Shown here piece after piece: positions 25,601 to 37,640 of a stretch of 64,000 bases of DNA. A program made the translations under genes and the position numbers. How positions within the stretch are numbered: position 1 is the first letter of the stretch; every line of letters begins with the position of its first letter. The notes below the pieces were generated by a model. It did not search any database. It was not told the origin of the DNA and saw nothing but the letters and a program-made list of their open reading frames with translations. The stretch is from Balanoglossus misakiensis (taxonomy: Eukaryota > Animalia > Hemichordata), in the NCBI GenBank assembly GCA_040954595.2, contig CM082578.2, forward strand, positions 14,476,304 through 14,540,303, read 5' to 3'.

Positions 25601-27365
25601 AATAACAGCGCCATGTGTGTTTACATGATAGGTTGTTGTCAAGTGGATTACTGGAAAACACCATTGAATATTGTGAATGTACTTAGCACAAAAATGCCCC
25701 CAAATACCCAAACGGAGTGCTATTGCCCCATCCATGTTGACAAAGGTCACTAAGTACTTACTGCGGTGGATAACCTTGAGGCCAAGGTCATTTCCAGGTT
25801 GCCCTTGAGTCCCAACAATGCAGGTACCAAAATGAAAACTTCAGAAACTTCAACAAAAACCTGCCAGTGCTGTAGAAAAAAAAAGAAAATGAAACACGGG
25901 AGAATTGAAAATTGGTGCCACCAATAATTAAAGAAGATTGACATTTTGGAACTCCCCACACCTTATATTGAATGATGTATTAACATATGTTTAGTGTCTG
26001 AGATAAATAATCAACAGATGGTCACAATAATTAAAAAAATAATGAAACAACACAAACAATTTTTTTTCTGATACTGTCTGATGTATATGCAAAGTGCAGA
26101 AAACCAATTTTCATATTTACACTTGATATCCCAGTAAATGTGTGCTTTGGCTATTTATAGTATATAAATTACAGTTTGTAAATGAAATGAAATATGTAAC
26201 AGAAAAATAGAATGACTAATTTTTCTGGTTTCTGATGGAATCAGTCTCATAAATCATTTTTCAGGCGTTGGAAATGATTGGTATCTCATGACAAAAAGCC
26301 ATACACGTACACATTACCCGACCTTTCTCAAAACAAATGGCAACTGACCTTGCCTATATTTCTGGTAACTCACAATCGCAACTTTATTATAATACAATGC
26401 TAATACCATAAGCTTTACCCTTGGGATATGTACTTCAAATTGTCTTTAACTACCAAACAGGCTGAAAGTTTTTTAGAGTGGAACCGGAAGTTGCAATAAA
26501 AAAAGTCCATAGATCCATGCAAAATGTGAAGCTGAAACCCATTTTCTATCATTCTCTGTTTCCTTTATTTTGCCTATACAAATCAAGTCTACACGTGTAC
26601 ACCTGAACTATAACATACCACTTATGCTGAGTGGCATTAGGTTGTGTTCATTGAGATTACCAACTTCCTTTGATCAGTTATCTAACATACCATTGTTCAC
26701 TGACAATGTGTTAACAATTGTTATGAATAAAACGACCATCTATATTTATGTACATGAAAATAGAAACCAAGACTGGGTTGGGATCCAGTCTTGGTTTCTT
26801 ACTTCATTGCTACTTTAACTGTGTGCATCTGTACCTGTGTATGTTTTTCTAGAGGTATTCATACAGATTTTGAGACAGGTAGACAGACTGAGACAGACAC
26901 ACACCATACAACTAAGCAAAGATGTAATGTCATGTTTTGGCATACCTGTACGATATCAAGTACAATACCAGCGCCAACAGTTCCAAATCCTGCTATGAGA
27001 TACGGAAAGAAGACTTGGAATGCAATACTCCAAGATGTTTCTTGTGTTGCTCTTGTGTCATCATCGGTTCCATCAACGTCCTTGTCTTCACTGTCTTCTG
27101 CTTGTGAAAGCAACGGTTCTGTCTGGGAATCAGTGGCATAGATGTCTTCAAGCGAGTTGTCTAGCTCACGTACCGATCCATTCCCTCTGGTGTCTCCAGG
27201 TTTCGGAAGCGGGCTACCCTGCGTATTGGGTGCCATTTCCACGTCAGTGTCGTTTGAGGAAACCATCTGAGCATGGGGGACCATATCGTCTTCGTCGTCA
27301 GACTTTTCACGACTGGAAGTCCTTTGCCTCAAAATCGATCCTGGTTGCCCTTCTGATACAGGCAT
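22698..27365 (-). CDS. SLC41A: SLC41 family (MgtE-like) magnesium transporter, 9 coding exons, about 531 aa
   Basis: Exons 27365-26946, 25869-25762, 25520-25449, 24834-24690, 24397-24251, 24019-23863, 23579-23368, 23169-23021, 22883-22698 (1596 nt, in frame). Hallmarks: [103 protein letters not shown]-terminal GDRDSDVGD. Probably pro-orthologous to vertebrate SLC41A1/2/3. Confidence 0.96.
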
Positions 27366-27961
27366 GGCAAAACAGTGTCCATTTTAAAAGTGAACGCTCA
27401 AATGGAAAAAAAAGCTTCTAAAGTACCAAAATCCCAGGAAATTCCATGTTGACAATATGTAAACAACTCATCACATCCATGGACTTGAAAGTTGAAGTTG
27501 AGTTGAAAGTTGACAGTCGCGAAGATCAAGTGATCAGCGTCCCCATAAATGTTTTACTAAATAAGTGCTCAACATTACAGCGGAACAGAGTGCTATAACA
27601 TTCAACAGTAAAGGGAAAGAGTGCTTCACTGGAAAAAGTGCTTTAAAGTCTCCGTATGTGAAGCAAACAATGAAACCCTACGTGTCAAACACAACCCAGT
27701 CTGGACTTCCGTACATTTCATTGTATGCGCAATGTACAAAAGATATGTTTGCGCATTGTGTCCTCGATCGACAACCGAACAGCTTTATAAGTATCTCATA
27801 TGATCAAAAAGAGACATGTAGAAGGCCTTAGAGTAAAAGTAACAATTTTAATAAATACTTTCTGCGTTGTAGTTCTTGTTTAAAATCAAAATCAATTTAT
27901 ATATGGAATACGCGGCTTTTGTGAATACATCACTGTTGCACGAGGGGAAGTTCACTAAAAC
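27366..27961. promoter_or_regulatory. Compact bidirectional promoter/5' UTR region between SLC41 and NOPCHAP1
   Basis: The divergent start codons at 27365 (-) and 27962 (+) are only about 600 bp apart. A YY1-like AACATGGCG overlaps the NOPCHAP1 ATG. Confidence 0.6.
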
Positions 27962-29118
27962 ATGGCGACCTCCACTTGTATGGAACGGTCTGTAAAACCG
28001 GGAGAAGAAAACACCGAGCCATCACCAACGCCAGATGCTGCTAAACCTGAAATAAGACACAAGAAACAACACTCAAAAGATCTGTTACACATAAAAACGG
28101 ATGTCTTAGGTAAGATGTGGTCAGCGACGATCTCCGAGTGACTTAGTGGCATCGTAAATCAGTAGTACACATGTGTGACTGTGCGGCGAGGATGTACATG
28201 TACAACGCCACCATCGGTCGTGCGTGCACGTGCTTTCTATCGCAGAGTGTCATACGCTGTTGCTACTCCATTATCTAATAAATTTTTGGGGTGACATTTC
28301 TTCCCTTTATCTATAGAATCCAAATTCCTGTTGAAGCAGAGGAAAACCTTCAAAGCAACACCTTCCTCAGGTATGTTGAGTCCACATTTATATATAAACT
28401 TGAAAAGCAAGCTGTTCAATGTAAGAATGTAGAAGTTAGAAAACTGATCCTGACTAGTAAATCCCTAATCTCATATTCTTTTTCGGTCCATTTTTGGGTC
28501 AGTTTTGCAGTCAGTTAAAGATTTCCTGCCACTGATGTCGTCAGCCAACCAAGAACTGGAACAGAAAATGAAACATATTCCCAGAGAAGAGTTTGATATT
28601 GAGAATGTTACCAAGGATGCTGGACCAGTCATTGAGATGGTATGTGGTCAGACAGCCCGTCCCCTCTTTCCTTCCCTTTGGCTGTAAATATATGGAAAGA
28701 GATGTAGCTACATACATGTACTAGTTAGTGCATCGTGATGTGTAATGGCGCCCCCTAGAGACAATGTTATTTTTTCCTTTGTATAGCACAGATGAATTCA
28801 TTTTCAAATGTTTCATTGGATGAGAAAACTTCGGTCTCACCTGTGTGTTCAATCTTACATGACATTTTTCTTATTTTCCTGTAGGATTTGGCTGTTTTCC
28901 AAGACAACAGTGAGGAGAGTGATTCAGATAATGATTTGGATTCTGATGAAGAAAGAACAAAAACTGATGACCTCTGTGATGGCAGTGACATTGCTCTTCC
29001 TTGCAGGGAAGTGACTGAAGACACAATGAAATTATCAAACACTCAGAGAAAGAGACCAGCAATAGTTGAACTCAATACAGGTGAAAGTGACAGCATTGAA
29101 AAGAGTGTTTCCAGGTAG
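27962..29118 (+). CDS. NOPCHAP1: NOP protein chaperone 1 (C12orf45/DUF4598), 4 exons, about 190 aa
   Basis: Exons 27962-28109, 28317-28370, 28503-28639, 28885-29118 (573 nt, in frame). The core SSVLQSVKDFLPLMSSANQELEQKM...FDIENV...PVIEMDLAVF followed by an acidic SDSD tract and KRPAIVEL matches the recalled C12orf45 pattern (LLDQVQTFLPQMARANEKL...FNIENI...VIQMDVALFE). Confidence 0.85.
28746..28760 (-). promoter_or_regulatory. CTCF-like motif in NOPCHAP1 intron 3
   Basis: The minus strand reads ctctAGGGGGCGCca, matching the CTCF core consensus (CCASYAGRKGGCRS) in its 3' part. Sequence match only. Confidence 0.35.
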
Positions 29119-32100
29119 CAGCGGTGGGAGTGTGCCTTTGCGATGAACTGCTGGAAAATGGGAATTATGGCTGTGAACCTCTACACTGCAAAGCAGTCAG
29201 TCCACACGTACCACTTGTAATCATTATTGCACAGCAGAAGTACTGGTATTTTCTGTGGTTCACAACAAAGACAGTAAAGTCTCATCTACATTTTTACGCC
29301 CTTGTGATTTCTAGTACACAGATCGATCAGATAGATTTCCCAAACATTTTTGAAAGTAATATGCTCAATAAAGACACTTTCCCAAATATGTTTTATTAGT
29401 TGTTTTTGACTTTACCTTAAAATATGAATGTTACACCGAATTAAGGCAGTGTCTTTCACATAGCTTTTTAAAACTAAGACTAAGGGTGTGTGGCTATGTT
29501 GTCAAAGGATTGAGCAAGGTCTGGCCAGAGAGACTGCGATGAAGACAAAACAACAGGTGTATGTGTGTAACAAACAACAGATGGGCAGGCACATTACAGT
29601 GCCAAATATTGACTGATTTTCTATGGTTTTTATCACAAATTGTTAATATTTAAATGAAATACCAAGGGGTGAAGTTCTACAGACAACAGAGCTTCCAGGT
29701 ACGAAGAGAGCGGGTGACACAATTTCAGCGACACGATGTTGGCCTGCTGCCAATATAGCTTTGACGGGCGTAAGTGTTCAGGTTCTCTACTATTCGTATA
29801 GCACACGATTTTCTGTGATACCTTTGGAAGCATGGTCAAGGTAGTAGAGGAGTTTTGCGCTGTTACTAGTTCTAGTAGTCAGAAAGCGACAACAGCGACC
29901 CTCCGCTACAATTTGGAAGCTATAATAGACCGAATTGTTTACGGTAACCCGACCTGCCCCAGTTCAATCCCCCTTCCCCGACTCTAAACTTACTGGTACT
30001 TTCCTATTCCGTACATGCACTAGTGATATACTTTTTACAGGATCTTTGGTCTACTAGTAGGCCCTATGCTATGTCAAATCATGGAGCTATGTAACGTGCA
30101 TAGTGTTGATGGGGCATCATGTCTATACTACATCATATATCATGCTAATGAAGAGACAAATGTTTTAGCTGAAAGTGGAAAATTCGCCAGAAAAAAAAAA
30201 CAGCTGATAAATCTTTCACTGATCAATGTCGGTGCGACCTCAACAAGAAATGCGTGGCCCTTGTCCTAGATCATGTGCTGGTGGTGAGCGCACAGGGACA
30301 GTGGCGTCATTCTCGTGTTTCCTCAGCTGGTGTTGATGGTGACACGAATAGAAACCGTACGTATAAATATGTACAGCTTACACGGAACTGAGATTGAAAG
30401 TTTAATAATCGTATAACGTTTTCTTTGAAAGAGAAACAAGCGATTCACGGTTCTCTAAGAATTCAGACGAGGTTGTTGTTTGAACTTTGAAAGAAACGCA
30501 TTTGACCATGGACTTCGTATCACGGTTTGGTGTCGCACAGAAAGTGTATGTATTTTTCAAGTTTTATAAAGCTACCAACCTACAAAACACATTCACCAGA
30601 TGTAATTTAAATCTTTCTGCTTCATAAAATCATAAAATATCGTGTACACATGTTGGAAAACACTCCCAACTTTTCGCGTCACAACATCCCATCATGACGG
30701 CTGCAATAAAACTGCGAGAATACCACTGTAACTTCTACAAAACAAGTTTCAATTGGACATGTTTAAATCATCATTCTCTGCTAGTGTGACCAGATTGTGG
30801 GGGAAATCGAACCAAATCGATCGTGATAAGGATTATCCCATATATCGCCGTTTTCTATATATTCCACCATAAATACTCGATAAGAATATCCCAGTTTTTC
30901 TTGAGTATCTATGATGCCAAAATATTTTAATTAAACTTGATTTAAAATTAAAACTTGATGGGTGAACAAAGCTGGGTCGGTTTATCATATTTTTTTGCGC
31001 AATTTTCACTGAGAATACACATGACACACGTCTATATTTTGTATGAACCTGCACACTGTCGGACGTATTTTGACACGCTCCCCCCGAAAATTATTTTACA
31101 GCCAAATTTACCAATACAACACCTGTACAAATACAAATTGGTGAGCAAATGGCATTGCTTTGCTTTGAAATGAAACCATAATAGCATTGTAAAGACCCGC
31201 TACCGTGGTCTAGCCAAGGTTCTCCGCCCGACGACTTAAAACAGAACGATTTCAAAATGAGCACAATTGGTCCACTGTCATATTGCGTTTGAGAAGACGC
31301 TATCTGAACGGAGAGAGTGGCACAATTTAACGATATGTGGGTCATCGACACCATTCGGGGTTGTGTACCTATCAGACAAAATAGGGCACAAATCTTGCCC
31401 GGTGATATAAAGTCGAATTCGTGATTTGTTTTACCATGTGGGGCAGCCGGGGCACTTCGACTTCAGTTCTAAACCTTTATTTTCACCGGAAATCTAAGAG
31501 AGCGTTTGCACGCCAAGCGATATATACTTTCCGCGAAATCATAGGGTCTATGGCGAAATCAATGAAAGTATATATAAGTGACTCATTTTTTTCGATTCAC
31601 CTTCGCTTTCATACATAATATTAATTTGAAAACATGGTAGTGATTAATCATAATTTAGTGTAAAATCAGTCGTATTACATGCATTTGATTTCTTCGACGA
31701 AAAACATGACATTCTAGAAATTCTTTGTGTCAGTTGACATATATATGTCACCATGCACTGGATTTGGGCAATACATGCAGGCAGTTTATTCAAGACCGTA
31801 AAATGATTGACCTCCATCAAATGATGCCAGGTTGACCTCGTCCATCTGTCGTGGCAAATTTAATTCTACAACTAATCCGTTTCGAATCTTCTCGTGTGAT
31901 ATTATTAACCGAATGAAAATAAATATGATTGTGTAAAATTCATTCTGCATGCATCATGTCGATCGTCGTCAACAGATCAGTTATACTTTGAAGACGCTCC
32001 AGTTTCCGTACTTTATCGGAAAGCAGCCATATTCAAATGTGTACAATATCGGGGTAAAGCGAATTATCCAAAATCTAAATTGTCAGAGTTGGATTTTTGT

Positions 32101-32376
32101 ACTCCCAAACTCTTTTGTAGAATAGAGAATTCACACTGTATAACGACTTTGTCTGCGATATTATATATAACTGTTTTTTCGGTCAAGGACTTGCCTCCTT
32201 TAAAGTATCTGGCGCGACCTTAGCCAAGTCATGCGGATCAGACGGTTAAGCTTGTAACGACTGGCGTATTTAGGGTTTCGAGACCAGAGGGGTCTCGAAA
32301 CCCTCTTGAAATCGTGTTGTTTTTTATTAGGGTTTCGAGACCAGAGGGGTCTCGAAACCCTCTTGAAATCGTGTTG

Positions 32377-32413
<37 letters not shown>

Positions 32414-33021
32414 TTCTTCCCACTTTTAAAAACAGCCGCTATTCGAAGACCGTTGCACCCAATGACTTGAAATTTGGCTCATAGGTAAAACTCAAAGCAA
32501 GTAATTTTTTGATCATGTCACTATGGCAACAGGTCACATGACCTGGCAGCCATCTTGGATTTAAACTTTTAAATTGGTCTAATTTGCATAAAAAATGAAG
32601 AATCCAAATTCTGTTCAGAAACTTTGTGGACCATATGGCCAGGGTCCTATATGCCAAATTTCAATGTCCAAGTCCTTGCCGATTTTGAGGAGATGATTTT
32701 TAAAGCATTATTTTTCATATTTTCCATGACCATTGGACCCAGCCATTGGCCTATACTTTCCATGGTTAAGCAATGGCCCCCTAGGATTTTAGATTTATGC
32801 CCAATATCTCAACATCCGCTGGGCTGATCAGCTTCAAATTTTGTGTGCAGCTAGCCTACCTTCCGACAATCAGTTCCAACTGGAAAAAATAATATGGAAA
32901 ATCGACCGATTTTTTTATATTAATTTTTTTATGAAATCTATACCTATACTTATTCCACTATACTTAAGCTATGGCCACATAGTTTTGTAGAATTCTGGTC
33001 GGTGCAATAGTCTGCAGCATA

Positions 33022-34200
33022 GGACCAAAATAAGAAGCCAAATTTAAGGCTCACCTGTGACACCTGCTCAACTCATTAATTATGTGCATACCTAATTCCA
33101 GGCAAACCAATAGGGCTACAGGTCTGGTTTTTGTCGGACATGGACCAGTATGGGGTCAAATTTTTTCCCCAAATTTTGGGTGACCTTGGGTGACCTTTGA
33201 CCTACTTTCGCATATCTCAGCATCCAGAGCAGGTACAGCTCAGGTGTTTGGGTGGATGGGACCAAAATAAGAAGCCAAATTTAAGGCTCACCTGTGACAC
33301 CTGCTCAACTCATTAACTATGTGCATACCTAATTCCAGGCAAACCAATAGGGCTACAGGTCTGGTTTTTGTCGGACATGGACCAGTATGGGGTCAAATTT
33401 TTTCCCCAAATTTTGGGTGACCTTGGGTGACCTTTGACCTACTTTCGCATATCTCAGCATCCAGAGCAGATACAGCTTAGGTGTTTGGGTGGATGGGACC
33501 AAAATAAGAAGCCAAATTTAAGGCTCACCTGTGACACCTGCTTAACTCATTAACTATGTACATACCTAATTCCAGGCAAACCAATAGGGCTACAGGTCTG
33601 GTTTTTGTCGGACATGGACCAGTATGGGGTCAAATTTTTCCCCCAAATTTTGGGTGACCTTGGGTGACCTTTGACCTACTTTCGCATACCTCAGCATCCA
33701 GAGCAGGTACAGCTTAGGTGTTTGGGTGGATGGGACCAAAATAAGAAGCCATATTTAAGGCTCACCTGTGACACCTGCTTAACTCATTAACTATGTGCAT
33801 ACCTAATTCCAGGCAAACCAATAAGGCTACAGGTCTGGTTTTTGTCGGACATGGACCAGTATGGGGACAATTTTTTTTCCCAAACTTTGGATGTCCTTGG
33901 GTGACCTTTGACCTACTTTCACATATCTCGGCATCCAGAGCAGGTACAGCTTAGTTGTTTGGGTGGACGGGACCAAAATAAGAAGCCAAATTTTAGAGTC
34001 ACCTGTGACACCTGCCTAACTCATTAATTATGTGCATACCTAATTCCAGGCAAACCAGTAGGGCTACAGGTCTGGTTTTTGTTTGACATGGACCAGTATA
34101 GCGTAAACATTTTCTGCTCATATTAAGCGTGACCTCACGTGACCTTTGACCTACTTTTCCACATCTCAGCATCCACAGCACATACACCCTTGGCATTTGG
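33022..34200. repeat. 237-bp tandem array in HINE unit 1 (4 canonical copies + 1 variant)
   Basis: The anchor accaaaataagaagcc recurs at 33024, 33261, 33498, 33735 and 33972. Confidence 0.95.
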
Positions 34201-34932
34201 AGTGATAGAACAACTAATGCAGTAATTAAATATGCACAAATCTATCTCCAGGCGAACCAATAGGGCTAGTAGTGTCTCGAAACCCGCTTATTGCTGTTCA
34301 CAGCTATATTTATTATTATTATTCTTCTTCCCACTCTTAAAAACAGCCGCTATTCGAAGACCGTTGCTTCCAATGACTTGAAATTTGGCTCATAGGTAAA
34401 ACTCAAAGCAAGTAATTTTCTGATCATGTCACTATGGCAACAGGTCACATGACCTGGCAGCCATCTTGGATTTAAACTTTTAAATTGGTCTCATTTGCAT
34501 AAAATATGAAGAATCCAAATTCTGTTCAGAAACTTTGTGGACCATATGGCCAGGGTCCTATATGCCAAATTTCAATGTCTAAGTCCTTGCCGATTTTGAG
34601 GAGATGATTTTTAAAGCATTATTTTTCATATTTTCCATGACCATTGGACCCAGCCATTGGCCTATACTTTCCATGGTTAAGCTATGGCCCCCTAGGATTT
34701 TAGATTTATGCCCAATATCTCAACATCCGCTGGGCTGATCAGCTTCAAATTTTGTGTGCAGCTAGCCTACCTTCCGACAATCAGTTCCAACTGAAAAAAA
34801 TAATATGAAAAATCGATCGATTTTTTTATATTAATTTTTTAATGAAATCTATACCTCTACTTATTCCACTATACTTAAGCTATGGCCACATAGTTTTGTA
34901 GAATTCTGGTCGATGCAATAGTCTGCAGCATA

Positions 34933-35875
34933 GGACCAAAATAAGAAGCCAAATTTAAGGCTCACCTGTGACACCTGCTCAACTCATTAATTATGTGCAT
35001 TCCTAATTCCAGGCAAACCAATAGGGCTACAGGTCTGGTTTTTGTCGGACATGGACCAGTATGGGGTCAAATTTTTTCCCCAAATTTTGGGTGCCCTTAG
35101 GTGACCTTTGACCTACTGACGCATATATCGGCATCCATAGCAGGTACAGCTTAGGTGTTTGGGTGGATGGGACCAAAATAAGAAGCCAAATTTAAGGCTC
35201 ACCTGTGACACCTGCTTAACTCATTAACTATGTGCATACCTAATTCCAGGCAAACCAATAGGTCTACAGGTCTGGTTTTTGTCCGACATGGACCAGTATG
35301 GGGTCAAATTTTTTTTCCAAATTTTGGGTGACCTTGGGTGACCTTTGACCTATTTTCGCATATCTCAGCATCCAGAGCAGGTACAGCTTAGGTGTTTGGG
35401 TGGATGGGACCAAAATAAGAAGCCAAATTTAAGGCTCACCTGTGACACCTGCTTTACTCATTAACTATGTACATACCTAATTCCAGGCAAACCAATAGGG
35501 CTACAGGTCTGGTTTTTGTCGGACATGGACCAGTATGGGGTCAAATTTTCCCCCCCAAATTTTGGGTGACCTTGGGTGACCTTTGACCTATTTTCGCATA
35601 CCTCAGCATCCAGAGCAGGTACAGCTTAGGTGTTTGGACAGACGGGACCAAAATAAGAAGCCAAATTTTAGAGTCACCTGTGACACCTGCCTAACTCATT
35701 AATTATGTGCATACCTAATTCCAGGCAAACCAGTAGGGCTACAGGTCTGGTTTTTGTTGGACATGGACCAGTATAGCGTAACAATTTTCTGCTCATATTA
35801 AGCGTGACCTCACGTGACCTTTGACCTACTTTTCCACATCTCAGCATCCACAGCACATACACCCTTGGCATTTGG
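34933..35875. repeat. 237-bp tandem array in HINE unit 2 (3 canonical copies + 1 variant)
   Basis: The same anchor recurs at 34935, 35172, 35409 and 35647. Confidence 0.95.
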
Positions 35876-37571
35876 AGTGATAGAACAACTAATGCAGTAA
35901 TTAAATATGCTCAAACTATCTCCAGGCGAACCAATAGGGCTAGTAGTGTCTCGAAACCCGCTTATTGCTGTTCACAGCTATATTTATAATATTTTATTGA
36001 TGTTGACATCACTTATTTCAATTATACAGTGTATATATAGACTTTTGGTGTCAAAATATTCCACTACTATACTCCTATAGCTACGATATTTCGGCGACTT
36101 CTTTGGACACTGAGACCAGAAATACTGTCCTATAGGCCTCAGCTAGAAATCGTCCTGCCAATGTCCTGTGGGCTATGCAAGCTTTGATACTGATCTGGTT
36201 GCCATGGATTTCTGCGGCATGTTGTGAAGAAAGGAGATCGTCTGCACTACATTAGCTACTGCAGGCCTGTTGGTCAAAATATCATGAAAGCTAACATTCG
36301 CTGTAATTAAAAACCTCATGCATAGCCATGATAACGCTGAGAATGCCCATGAACCATCCATCACACTTGTCCTTGCCCTGGGCTACTTTGAAGTTAAGTT
36401 ATATTAAGCTTCTGGTGGAATGTCTTACTGTCTGTACCAGTACCAGTCTGACTGGGGACAAGGTTACGTTCATTGTTCAGAACCTTCAATGTATACTTCA
36501 AAACCAATGTCTCTCTTCGCGGAGGGACAGTGCCAAAGTATGGAAATGGGGGATTTTCTCCATTATGGCCCACGAAAACAAGAATTAAGATAGAGGGTAC
36601 TTTTTTCGAAAACTTTGGCAGGTGAAAGTAAGAAATAACTTTACTCAGCAAAATGCTGTAAAATATTTGTAAGTTTTGGTCACAAAAGTTGGCTTTCTGT
36701 TGTACTGTCCTGGAAAATGAGTATCTTAATTTTCGGAGAAGGAAGCATGTGGATACCCGCTTTCCCTGGTAGTGTCACCACCAGGACATATGTACACGTA
36801 AAACACGTAACCTTGGCATACAGGGTCGAACAGCCGATCAACAGCAGCTCAGTACAGCTCATAGTAAACTGTCGGTGCCGCTGATGGCGTTCTTTGTCGA
36901 GAGCGTGTCTGAGAATCAGCATTTTATTTCACGAACGCACAACCCTTTTCATACAAAATGCAGAAAATTTTGCAAAGAAACCAAAGTATAACTTTTTCGG
37001 TGGTATCAGAGACGTGACGTCACTTTGGATCGATTACTTGGCCATTCGAGCTGAGCGTGGAGTCGAGAGCATGGGACATTAAAATTTGTAAAGGTAGAAA
37101 ACCATTGTTTAGCAGGAGGGTTAGCCACACATAATTGGAAACATTTTTGGGTATGAAACAGAATGACGACCGTCGATATGTTTTCCTTGGGTTCCTATAT
37201 CATACGACTTTAGTAGCATGATGATTATATGTATCATATTGATGAATATTTATTGAAAAGTACATTTCCCCCACGTAGCCATTGATTGTGAATTTACCCG
37301 ACAGAAAATGGTTGGTTCCAAGTAGCGTAACTTAACGAGGCCGGTAAAGCCTTGTACGCTGTATCAGTAGGCAACGAGTGAGTAATGAAACTACCAAGCT
37401 GGGGGATTTTTGCTACAGATAGTAACCAAGTGCTTTATCGTTATACCCACAGAAAGTTGAGTAATATGGTATTTCTCATCGTCGACAGCTGACATCATCG
37501 AACGAAAAACCCAATTTTTATTTACATTTTTAAATTCATATACACACGGACACTATATATTCTGCGCCACG

Positions 37572-37640
37572 ATGAGCAACTTGAATATCACAGCCAACAA
37601 AATGACAAACGGTCCCACCAGAAGGAATACCGAGCCAAAG
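37572..37640 (+). CDS. Candidate distal first coding exon (A) of AHCYL: MSNLNITANKMTNGPTRRNTEPK
   Basis: ATG in gccacgATGa context, 23 open codons, consensus donor AAG|GTAAGT in phase 0, compatible with exon B (48066) or the common exon (54702). No other gene was found downstream before AHCYL. Confidence 0.55.

Larger units (their letters stand above)
32268..35985. mobile_element. Head-to-tail dimer of a non-autonomous Helentron/DINE-1-like (HINE) element
   Basis: 5' subTIR plus inverted repeat agggtttcgagacc-agagg-ggtctcgaaaccct (32272-32304), duplicated with a 57-bp period. Then an (att)n/ctt microsatellite, a unique core and a central 237-bp tandem array. 3' subTIR gtctcgaaaccc (34274-34285) followed by a short stem-loop gctgt-tc-acagc (34293-34304) in T-rich context. 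Unit 1 is about 32268-34311. Unit 2 is about 34312-35985, starts at the microsatellite and ends with the same subTIR and stem-loop. No Rep/Hel ORF. Confidence 0.85.

Noticed and set aside
28246-28316. Alternative upstream acceptor for NOPCHAP1 exon 2
   Set aside because: It leads to an in-frame TAG at 28314-28316. The acceptor ending at 28316 keeps the frame.
33022-35875. CRISPR-like or coding repeat array (including the duplicated 65-aa ORFs at 33999-34196 and 35674-35871)
   Set aside because: The monomers are contiguous 237-bp copies with no unique spacers or cas genes, in a eukaryotic context. The ORFs are incidental readings of the repeat.
30700-37340. Kolobok-like TTAA-ended elements (cctcctttaa near 32195; ttaag near 36586 and cttaa near 37331)
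   Set aside because: I could not pair convincing TIRs by eye. It needs a repeat library search.
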